Virus record (IMG/VR): IMGVR_UViG_3300027844_001828
Coordinates: 1 to 64,000 of that record
Direction: 5' to 3' (one strand)
DNA: 64,000 nucleotides
In this document: positions 45,134-53,044 of the stretch, piece by piece
Layout: each line of letters starts with the position of its first letter
Position numbering within the stretch: position 1 is the stretch's first letter
Made by a program: the position numbers and the translations under genes
Notes under the pieces: generated by a model
Told to the model about the DNA's origin: nothing
Databases searched by the model: none
What the model saw: the letters and a program-made list of their open reading frames with translations, nothing else

Positions 45134-46196
45134 TGCGATAGCACCAACGAGAATTTGCGATATTGGCGGGTGGACTGATACCTGGTTCGCAGGACACGGG
45201 TCAATTTTTAATATTGCAGTATATCCGTATGTGGATGTCCAGGTTTCCATATTGAGGGACGAAGAGAGCGCTGGGAAAATTTTTCTTTCTATGGAAAATT
45301 ACGACGATAAGTACCAGTTTGACTCAAGCAAAAAAATTGATGGCCCACTTGGGTCAAAGTTATTTTTACGAGAGGGTAAGGGGGGAGAATTCGGAAAATA
45401 CCCACTCGTAGAGAAGGCTGTTGAGATAATGGATACCCCTATGGATGTAGGGTATAGTATCAGCGTGTATTCTGACGCGCCACCTGGAGCGTCCATCGGA
45501 ACCTCCGCCGCCGTTTCTGTCGCCTTAATCGCGAGCCTTGACAGGCTATCTGACGGCCATTTAACCGCTCATGAAATAGCTCAGATGGCGCATTCAATAG
45601 AAACCAAGTACTTAAATTTGGAATGTGGCGTTCAGGATCAGTTGGCAAGTGCCTATGGTGGTATTAATTTCATTGATGTAAATAGATACCCATACTCAGT
45701 CGTCTCACCAGTTCCTATTAGCGATCAGATTTGGTGGGAATTAGAACAGAGACTGGCATTAGTTTATATTGGAATTCCACATGAATCGAGTGCGATCCAT
45801 AAGATTGTTATTGAAAGCCTTGGGAAAACCCCCTCACTTGACAATCGAATAGAGAAATTAAGGGTTCTTGCGAGAAGAGCTAAAAACGCTTTGATCGATG
45901 GTAATTTCGTCGAATTTGGCGATATTATGAATGAAAGCACAGCTGTTCAAAAAAGTATGCATCCAGAATTGGTGTGCTCTCAGTTTAGAGAGATCATCGA
46001 TATAGTTAAACATTATAAAGCCCTTGGATGTAAAGTAAATGGGGCTGGCGGGGATGGCGGGTCTTTAAGTATCTTGTTTGGAGAATGTAGAGAGGATAAA
46101 AGGAAGTGCCTGAAAGTTCTTGAAGAAAAGGGGTTTAACATTCTCCCCATATATCTCGCAAGAAGGGGGCTTAGGGTTTGGGAATCAAGAGGGTAG
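45105..46196 (+). CDS. hddA: GHMP sugar kinase, D-glycero-alpha-D-manno-heptose-7-phosphate kinase (HddA)-like
   Basis: 'APTRICDIGGWTD', 'PPGASIGTSAA', 'GVQDQLASAYGGINFI' and 'GCKVNGAGGDGG' match the HddA/fucokinase subgroup of GHMP kinases. Confidence 0.75.
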   Translation: MSQEQITSVNAIAPTRICDIGGWTDTWFAGHGSIFNIAVYPYVDVQVSILRDEESAGKIFLSMENYDDKYQFDSSKKIDGPLGSKLFLREGKGGEFGKYPLVEKAVEIMDTPMDVGYSISVYSDAPPGASIGTSAAVSVALIASLDRLSDGHLTAHEIAQMAHSIETKYLNLECGVQDQLASAYGGINFIDVNRYPYSVVSPVPISDQIWWELEQRLALVYIGIPHESSAIHKIVIESLGKTPSLDNRIEKLRVLARRAKNALIDGNFVEFGDIMNESTAVQKSMHPELVCSQFREIIDIVKHYKALGCKVNGAGGDGGSLSILFGECREDKRKCLKVLEEKGFNILPIYLARRGLRVWESRG

Positions 46197-46199
46197 GAC

Positions 46200-47090
46200 A
46201 TGAAATACATTCCGTCTGATGAGAATTTGGTAAAGTTTACAGACTTTGTCAATGAGGGGGGTTTCTATTTGAGAAACACGAGAGTTTGGAAAGGTAGATC
46301 TTCTTGTGTTATAAAACTCCCTGGTGTAGATGCCGATATAGAATTTAAGCCTCAAAGAGACTTCACTATTCATGATAGACTCATGATGACTCATATGAGA
46401 ATACATCGTTGGATGTATAGAACATTCACGGTCAAAACAGAATATGGATATTTCGTCCCCAATTGCAACCTTGATGAGTTTTCTTTGGTTAACGAAAGGT
46501 TCACAGAAAGATTCTACAATATTGTTGAGGAATCATCCACTATAAGACTTGATGAAATAAAAGCAAGCGTTGAAGGATCGTTTCATGAGATGATTAGATG
46601 GATATGGGCGAACAATCTTGGAAATGATGGAGACCCACCAGAGTCATTTGTAAATGAATATATCAAAAAACGAATAAAAAGCATAGAAACTCCAGAGTCG
46701 TTCAAAAACCAGTTTGAGTATTCGGTAACAAAAGTAAACCCGGAAAAATCCCCGGAGATTAGTGAAAAAGTAGCGAGAGAGGTGTATTCCAGGTGTATAA
46801 ACAAGAGGATGGCTTTCTATTTGTACTTGAGCAAGTCAAAAGAAAAGATCAGGGCCACAGGGAATGGGCCTTTAAAAAATCTTGTGAGATACACCCTACA
46901 TTGGAAAAAGGTACCATTCTATGGTGATGACGAGCTATTATTTTTTATAGATGAGATAAGACATTTGGTCATGAGAAACTTGGAAAGAGATCATGAAGAA
47001 ATATGCGCCAAGATAGATGTTTTAATGAACTATATAAAGACGTGTACAAAATACCCAATATACCTTGGAGACAAAAAGTATGGAGAATAG
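46200..47090 (+). CDS. Hypothetical protein (296 aa), weak resemblance to DUF3150-type phage proteins
   Basis: Intact ORF with SD. 'RIHRWMYRTFTVKTEYGYFVPNCNLDEF' recalls the DUF3150 pattern, but the match is tentative. Confidence 0.5.
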   Translation: MKYIPSDENLVKFTDFVNEGGFYLRNTRVWKGRSSCVIKLPGVDADIEFKPQRDFTIHDRLMMTHMRIHRWMYRTFTVKTEYGYFVPNCNLDEFSLVNERFTERFYNIVEESSTIRLDEIKASVEGSFHEMIRWIWANNLGNDGDPPESFVNEYIKKRIKSIETPESFKNQFEYSVTKVNPEKSPEISEKVAREVYSRCINKRMAFYLYLSKSKEKIRATGNGPLKNLVRYTLHWKKVPFYGDDELLFFIDEIRHLVMRNLERDHEEICAKIDVLMNYIKTCTKYPIYLGDKKYGE

Positions 47091-47343
47091 ATTCGAAGGA
47101 ATAGAAGTGATAGATGATGGCCCGGATGTTTATTCCAGGAGTAAGGACGGTAGAATCATGTTTAGATTTAATAGAATAGACGGGACGTTTGCCCTGTTCA
47201 GATCTACAAGAATCAGCGATGCAGAAAAAGAGTTCACGTTGATAATGTTTGATAAGTTGAGCAATGATATGACCGAGACGAGTAGAGAAGATGTAAAATG
47301 TGCATTAGAGTATAAACTTGAAAAGGACCTATTTTGCACATGA
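47080..47343 (+). CDS. Hypothetical protein
   Basis: GGAG SD upstream of ATG 47080; its stop overlaps the next ATG (ATGA). Confidence 0.55.
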   Translation: MENRFEGIEVIDDGPDVYSRSKDGRIMFRFNRIDGTFALFRSTRISDAEKEFTLIMFDKLSNDMTETSREDVKCALEYKLEKDLFCT

Positions 47344-49535
47344 GTAATGCAGAGCATAAAAACATATTACCATTTAGCATTTTCAAAACCATCCTCATTG
47401 TAGAGAAGAGGGCTCTTGATGAAGGGATATCATTAGTGGACTCTTGTTTTTTCGCAAGCTGTATGATGAGTGCGAACAAGATGCATTTCCACCCCACCTT
47501 TGACGATAAAGAGATGGGCAAGTTCTGCGCCTTCATAGATGAAAACTGTCTTGTTAGATCGAAAAAGAAGACTTTTAATATAGATGACATCAAGTTCGCG
47601 AAACCAGTAATCGACTGTGTTGTGAAAGCGAAGGTCGAACCCAACAATGTTGATGCATGTCACGTCTTTTATCTTTTGATGAAATCAGATAGGAAGTTGA
47701 ATTCAATCGCTGCGCAACACAATATAACCACGAATAAGATTCTTGAGGTTGTAAATAGGATTGGCTCAAGTAAAATTGAGAATGATAAAAAGGTTACGGG
47801 TAAAAACAAGAAGCCCGCCAAGAGTGTCGCAAGTGGAAAAGAAGATTTGATTTTCAAATACTGCATAGATTTTAATGAGAAAGCAGCCAAGGGCGAATTG
47901 TCACCAGTGTTTTGTAGGGATGATGAAATTGAGAAGGTGATCGTCTCCTTGATGAAAAAGAACAAAGCTAATCCATTGTTGATTGGTGAGCCGGGAGTCG
48001 GTAAGACAGCCATTGTTGAGGGTATAGCGCAAAAGTTCGCTGCCGGGGATGTGCCTAAGAGATTCAAAGGGTATAAGATTCTTGGATTAAGTATGTCATC
48101 GATCATTCAAGGGACAACCTTGAGAGGGCAGTTTGAAGAACGCCTCGAAGCCATAATGAAAAAGATAATCGAAACTGGCAATATCATTTTGTTCATTGAT
48201 GAGATCCACACAATGGTGGGTGCGGGAAACGACTCTAATGGATTGGATGCGGGAAATATTATGAAGCCGTATCTTGCCAGAGGTGAATTTAGATGCATCG
48301 GAGCGACAACGTTTGACGATTATTATAAGTACATGAAAAAAGACAAGGCTCTTTCGAGAAGGTTCCAGAGAATTTTTGTTTCAGAACCCAGTAAAGAAGA
48401 GACGATTGAAATAATTAGGGGGTTAGCACCAGGTCTTGAGACCTATCACGGTTGCGTCATTGACTCATCGTCTTTTGAAAAATCTGTTGATTTATGCCAA
48501 AGATTTATCAATGACAGGTTTTTTCCAGACAAGGCTATAGATTGTCTTGATCACGCTTGTGCAAAGTCATCATTAGACTTGAGTGTTGTCGGAGACGATA
48601 TTATTGAGGAAGTTATTAGCGACTTCTGTGACATCCCCGTCTCTTTAATCAGAACGAAAGAGTCTGTGAGGCTTGAGAAGCTTGAGGGCGCTATTGGGAG
48701 TGAGATATTTGGAAATGAAAATAGTATCAAAGAATTTTGCAATAGAATAAGATTCGCTTGCTCAACGAGGAAGTCTTCGAGTGGGCCGTTATGTTCTTTT
48801 GTGTTTTATGGCCCTCCGGGGATTGGTAAAAAATCTATTATCGGGATAACAGCGAGGCATCTGTATGGTGATCAATCCGTAATAGTAATAAATGGATCGG
48901 AATACTCAGAGAGCAATGCGATAAATAGAATAATTGGCTCTCCGCCTGGATATATCGGTTACGATGAGGAAGGGTATATTTTAAGAGAGGTGAGACGCAA
49001 GCCCCATACGATGATTTTAATTAAGAAGCAAGATCTAATGCATGCTACAGTGAAAGAGCAGTTTAAGCAGATAATAGAGCGTGGTGTGGTAACTGATGTT
49101 CATGGGATGATAGCGGACTTCTCAAATTGCGTTATCGCCTTCTCGGTGGACACCAGCAACAAAAGTAGTTTGGGATTTACTCAGGGAGGGAACAGCGTCA
49201 GTGGCGATGCGGAATGCGAGACAATAAAAAAGAATTGCCCATTATTATCCCGCGTGTCTCACCACATATCTTTCAACGACACACCATCCGAGTACGTGTC
49301 GAGTCTCGTATCAGTCGAAATGGAAAAATTCCATGACGAGTTGAAATTCAGCGAAATCCGTGTACATTATGATTCTAAGTGTATCAAGTATTTCGAATCC
49401 TTGAAGGGCTCTCCTTCATCTATTCGATCCGAAGTAAGAAACAAGCTCGAATACGAATTATGTAATGGGCTATCCTCAGACAATCGAGAGTACTGGTTTG
49501 AAGTAGTCGATGATGAAATAACAGTTAGGAGGTAA
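47340..49535 (+). CDS. clpA: ClpA/ClpC-family AAA+ chaperone; NBD1 intact, NBD2 degenerate
   Basis: NBD1 has 'GEPGVGKT', 'FIDEIH', 'CIGATT' and 'ALSRRFQ'. NBD2 has 'GPPGIGKK', pore loop 'GSPPGYIGY', Walker B replaced by 'LIKKQD', and an 'LGF' loop. There is no middle coiled-coil domain. Confidence 0.85.
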   Translation: MSNAEHKNILPFSIFKTILIVEKRALDEGISLVDSCFFASCMMSANKMHFHPTFDDKEMGKFCAFIDENCLVRSKKKTFNIDDIKFAKPVIDCVVKAKVEPNNVDACHVFYLLMKSDRKLNSIAAQHNITTNKILEVVNRIGSSKIENDKKVTGKNKKPAKSVASGKEDLIFKYCIDFNEKAAKGELSPVFCRDDEIEKVIVSLMKKNKANPLLIGEPGVGKTAIVEGIAQKFAAGDVPKRFKGYKILGLSMSSIIQGTTLRGQFEERLEAIMKKIIETGNIILFIDEIHTMVGAGNDSNGLDAGNIMKPYLARGEFRCIGATTFDDYYKYMKKDKALSRRFQRIFVSEPSKEETIEIIRGLAPGLETYHGCVIDSSSFEKSVDLCQRFINDRFFPDKAIDCLDHACAKSSLDLSVVGDDIIEEVISDFCDIPVSLIRTKESVRLEKLEGAIGSEIFGNENSIKEFCNRIRFACSTRKSSSGPLCSFVFYGPPGIGKKSIIGITARHLYGDQSVIVINGSEYSESNAINRIIGSPPGYIGYDEEGYILREVRRKPHTMILIKKQDLMHATVKEQFKQIIERGVVTDVHGMIADFSNCVIAFSVDTSNKSSLGFTQGGNSVSGDAECETIKKNCPLLSRVSHHISFNDTPSEYVSSLVSVEMEKFHDELKFSEIRVHYDSKCIKYFESLKGSPSSIRSEVRNKLEYELCNGLSSDNREYWFEVVDDEITVRR

Positions 49536-49537
49536 TC

Positions 49538-50029
49538 TTGAACGCTAACAAGTTCACGCTCGGTAAGATCATCTTGGATTGTGACACAACAGTTCACGCT
49601 TTGTTAAGGGATGACCAGAGGGGTGTATTCACGCCGATGTATTTGGATTACGAATGCTCAAGGTCCCTTGTTGAATTAAATGAAAATAATTACGCCCGCG
49701 AAATGAAAATGACTGTAGACTTTTTGATCCAGTCATGGCGGAGTATGGGTTTTTCAATCGAGAGTCTTTTTCTTGACAATCCAAACGGGGGAGCAGACGA
49801 CGTTCCAGTTCCAGTTATCGTATTGGCCCAGAATAATGGTGATCAGGTGATGATGAAGATTTCCTCGTTTGCACCCATCAATGTCGCTTTAACAATTGTT
49901 CAGTTAACTGGAATAAATATTTATATTACTGATAGAATAGAGAAAAATCTTCATATTTTAGATATTTCAGTGTATGATAAGTATATACAAGAAACATCTT
50001 TGACAGATGAAATAGAAGAGGAAGACTAA
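49538..50029 (+). CDS. DUF151 / bifunctional-nuclease-like protein (diverged)
   Basis: AGGAGG SD with TTG start. 'PMYLDYECSRSL...MTVDFL...MGFSIESLFL...APINVALTIVQLTGINIYI' follows the DUF151 layout. Confidence 0.55.
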   Translation: MNANKFTLGKIILDCDTTVHALLRDDQRGVFTPMYLDYECSRSLVELNENNYAREMKMTVDFLIQSWRSMGFSIESLFLDNPNGGADDVPVPVIVLAQNNGDQVMMKISSFAPINVALTIVQLTGINIYITDRIEKNLHILDISVYDKYIQETSLTDEIEEED

Positions 50030-50313
50030 TGGATAGGACGATTGTCAATGAAGGAGAATACATAGAGGTCGAATGTGAAAATATTTCCGGTGATATCGAG
50101 AAACTTGAGGAAGCGGAAATAATTGTTCTTACAAATATGAGAATAGAATTGGCTGACAAAGACAAGTCAGATTTTCTAAGAGTTTTTAAGAAGTGGTATG
50201 AATTTTTTATAGAGACTTCACCATACTTTAACCAGCTTGATGAGACCCAACGTTCAGACGCCACAATAAGGAAGATGTTGACCCATGTGCCTAATTTCAA
50301 TAAAGCTGACTAA
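50029..50313 (+). CDS. Hypothetical protein
   Basis: GAGGA SD; start overlaps the previous stop; 94 aa. Confidence 0.55.
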   Translation: MDRTIVNEGEYIEVECENISGDIEKLEEAEIIVLTNMRIELADKDKSDFLRVFKKWYEFFIETSPYFNQLDETQRSDATIRKMLTHVPNFNKAD

Positions 50314-50530
50314 GAAGGCCTCGGAAGGCCCGGAGCCGCAATTCTTTTATAGTCTCAAAGAGAGATTCAAAGACTTTTTTAGTAAATGTGACGTTGTATC
50401 ATACGAGAAGGTTAATGATAGGTTCTTATTGAGAGTTTATGTGCATTGGCCGGAGAACGCGGTTTCAATATTTATCAATGGTGCCTTATTGCGGGTAAGA
50501 GGCGTTGAAAAAGCATCAATTATATCATAG
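50285..50530 (+). CDS. Possible small hypothetical protein
   Basis: Fills an otherwise empty ~220 nt gap in a co-oriented operon; start uncertain. Confidence 0.35.
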   Translation: MCLISIKLTKKASEGPEPQFFYSLKERFKDFFSKCDVVSYEKVNDRFLLRVYVHWPENAVSIFINGALLRVRGVEKASIIS

Positions 50531-50540
50531 GAGTATGGAA

Positions 50541-51224
50541 ATGGAAGATCAAATAACGGTTGAAGAACTTGAGAAGCAACTGTCAGAAATTGACAAAAAA
50601 GCGATGAGTATAGAAATTTTCCAATGGCTAATTGACAACGCCGAACATTACATTGACACAATGACCGAAGATTTCTCGTTAAGCTTTTTAGCTAATGATG
50701 AGATTATGCCAGAGACTGTGAAAGTTGAAAAGCTATGCAATGATCTTGAGACTATGGAGATCGAAGTGACCGGGGCGGAAGATCAGTTGGAAGACGTTAT
50801 CAATGATAACCCAGATATTGAGGAAGCGGCAAGAAAGCAGACAGCATTGAACGAGTTTATGGAAGAGGTTAGGGTTTTTATGGATGAAGACCTGGAGTAT
50901 AAAGGGAAAATCCTTGACAAGTTCATGTATTTCCACGACTTTGTTGGATATCGACCAGTTGAAAAAGAAGACGGTACAATAAAAGCCGAAGAGATTATAA
51001 AAGATATGACCGGCTCAGTAGAAATATCATATCTGTCTTTTGAGAACATGAGCATGGACGTATCAAGAATAGCCCACGACCCAGTTTATGACGATGATGG
51101 TAATATTGTCAGTTATGAAAAAGATGAGGCTAAGAGAGAGATCGTCGGAAAGATTCCGCCGTCATTTTGTATAGACATGTCAGTTAGCGTATGGGAGAAC
51201 CATGGATCAGCCTCAATATTCTAA
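50541..51224 (+). CDS. Acidic hypothetical protein with N-terminal coiled coil
   Basis: GGAG SD 7 nt before ATG 50541; very D/E-rich. Confidence 0.6.
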   Translation: MEDQITVEELEKQLSEIDKKAMSIEIFQWLIDNAEHYIDTMTEDFSLSFLANDEIMPETVKVEKLCNDLETMEIEVTGAEDQLEDVINDNPDIEEAARKQTALNEFMEEVRVFMDEDLEYKGKILDKFMYFHDFVGYRPVEKEDGTIKAEEIIKDMTGSVEISYLSFENMSMDVSRIAHDPVYDDDGNIVSYEKDEAKREIVGKIPPSFCIDMSVSVWENHGSASIF

Positions 51225-51648
51225 AATAATAATTCCTGTCCCAGTTAGTGTATCCATTGTGGTGATCAGTGACGCACGTGTGTTGGTAAAAAAACATGAC
51301 ATTGGATTTCACTTCCCATTTGATTATTTTACACACTCTGAAAGTGCTACCACACAAGATTGCGCCGCAAAATTATTATCAGAGATTACCGATGTTGTAC
51401 ATGACGGAGAAAATTGGCTTCCAGTTGATATTAGAAGTTTCGGGGTGCGGAAAAATATCGACAATAATCATAGCTTAGACATTGGCTACATGACAATGTT
51501 AAATACGCTTGACATCCCACTTGTAGATGAAGATGAGTATGAGTGGAAGATAGTAGATTTTGATAAAAAGACGTTCCCGGTTGATCTCTTAACCGATCAC
51601 GAGTCGTTATGGCAAGCCGCTTGGAATATGTTTGATATAATGAAATAG
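51202..51648 (+). CDS. Nudix-fold protein with degenerate Nudix box
   Basis: 'VSIVVISDARVLVKK...FHFPFDYFTHSESATTQDCAAKLLSEITDV...W...DHE' follows the Nudix layout, but the G and the catalytic RExxEE are missing. Confidence 0.55.
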   Translation: MDQPQYSKIIIPVPVSVSIVVISDARVLVKKHDIGFHFPFDYFTHSESATTQDCAAKLLSEITDVVHDGENWLPVDIRSFGVRKNIDNNHSLDIGYMTMLNTLDIPLVDEDEYEWKIVDFDKKTFPVDLLTDHESLWQAAWNMFDIMK

Positions 51649-51652
51649 CGGC

Positions 51653-51680
51653 TTGCAATCCACCGTATTAACGGTATATT
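51653..51680 (+). promoter_or_regulatory. Sigma70-type promoter TTGCAA-N16-TATATT
   Basis: Intergenic, upstream of the 5'-3' exonuclease gene; second copy of the motif. Confidence 0.7.
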
Positions 51681-51705
51681 GACAGTAATTTAACGGAGAA
51701 CACCT

Positions 51706-52782
51706 GTGAAGAAAATTCTATTTATTGACGGTATGAATTTGGCCTGGAAGGCTATCCATGCTTATAATCTCTCGACCTCAAGCGGACAAGATACGTCCGC
51801 TATTTTTGGTTTTATAAACCAGCTTATATCAGTAATAAACGGTAGAAAAGACTTGTTGATTGTTGTAGCGTGGGACGGTGGTTATGAAGAGAGGACCAGG
51901 CTCTCAAACGCGGGTATTGAAAAGGGCATTATCAATGCTGCGTATAAGTCTAATCGAAAATCAGACGATAAGACTCAAGACACCAAGATCAACTTAGACC
52001 CTCAGCTTAAAGAGATCCAACGCGCACTTAGCCACACTGACATAAAACAAATATTTGTAGCTGGCGAAGAGGCCGATGATGTTATCGCTTCATGCGCCAA
52101 AAAGATCGGTGGCAAGGCGGAGATACTCTGCTTAACCTGCGACCATGATTATTATCAATTATTGAGTGACAATTTTTCAATTTTGGATAGGATGCATGGC
52201 ACAGAGAATTTAATCACGAACAAAACATTCACCGAAGACAAGGGTATAGAGCCTTGTCAGTGGGTTGATTCTGGAGCGTTAAGCGGAGACACGAGTGATT
52301 GCATTATGGGGGTTCCCGGATGTGGAGAACCAACTGCTATAAAGCTCATCAAAGCACATGGAGATGTTGAGAGTGTCATTAGTCATTTTGAATCTGAATT
52401 GTCTATAGAAAGGGGTAAGTATCCAGATTTACAAACTCAGGATGAAGTAAATGAGTTGATCTCTCTTGGTGGGACTAAGAAAGTAAAGGGAAATAGTCAA
52501 AAGCCAAATTATGAGGGTATTTATGTTGGGATGCCCTTCAGCGGAGTTTGCTTGGCGAACTTGAGGGGTGACTTGAAAAAGGTAAAGAAGATTGATATAA
52601 AGGTCGTCATGTACCAAGAGAGAATCCGTCTTGCAAAGCAGTTGAAAAAGATGAGGTCAGATATAGACGTTCCAAACATAACGTTTGAATCGTCTTTTAA
52701 TGAAAGAGAGTTTTGCAGAATTTGTGGGGAATATGAGTTGTATTCTATAACCATGAAAGCTGAGGTTTTTAAGTTCTTATGA
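51706..52782 (+). CDS. 5'-3' exonuclease / flap endonuclease (PolA N-terminal / T5 D15-like)
   Basis: 'FIDGMNLAWKA', 'YKSNR', 'EADDVIAS', 'DHDYYQL', H3TH 'ALSGDTSDCIMGVPGCGEPTA'; GTG start with GGAG SD. Confidence 0.92.
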   Translation: MKKILFIDGMNLAWKAIHAYNLSTSSGQDTSAIFGFINQLISVINGRKDLLIVVAWDGGYEERTRLSNAGIEKGIINAAYKSNRKSDDKTQDTKINLDPQLKEIQRALSHTDIKQIFVAGEEADDVIASCAKKIGGKAEILCLTCDHDYYQLLSDNFSILDRMHGTENLITNKTFTEDKGIEPCQWVDSGALSGDTSDCIMGVPGCGEPTAIKLIKAHGDVESVISHFESELSIERGKYPDLQTQDEVNELISLGGTKKVKGNSQKPNYEGIYVGMPFSGVCLANLRGDLKKVKKIDIKVVMYQERIRLAKQLKKMRSDIDVPNITFESSFNEREFCRICGEYELYSITMKAEVFKFL

Positions 52783-53042
52783 AACGAAGATACGATATGA
52801 GAAGGTCTGATAACTTTCCTCATTGTTCGACAGTAGAGAAATTTCTTGAGGGGGAATCCGGTAAGGTTTTTATCCATACCGGATTTCCCGTAAAGAGCGC
52901 AATAGTGGTTCCCACATCTATACCAGAAGGGTCTGAATTGTTTGCTGACCCGGAGTTCGATGAAGAGGAAGGTTTCAATGTAATCTTTAACAAAATGCCA
53001 GGTGATCAGAACTTGGTAAAATTCAGCTATCAGGCAACATAA
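52779..53042 (+). CDS. Small hypothetical beta-rich protein
   Basis: ATGA overlap with the exonuclease stop; 87 aa. Confidence 0.5.
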   Translation: MKRRYDMRRSDNFPHCSTVEKFLEGESGKVFIHTGFPVKSAIVVPTSIPEGSELFADPEFDEEEGFNVIFNKMPGDQNLVKFSYQAT

Positions 53043-53044
53043 AT

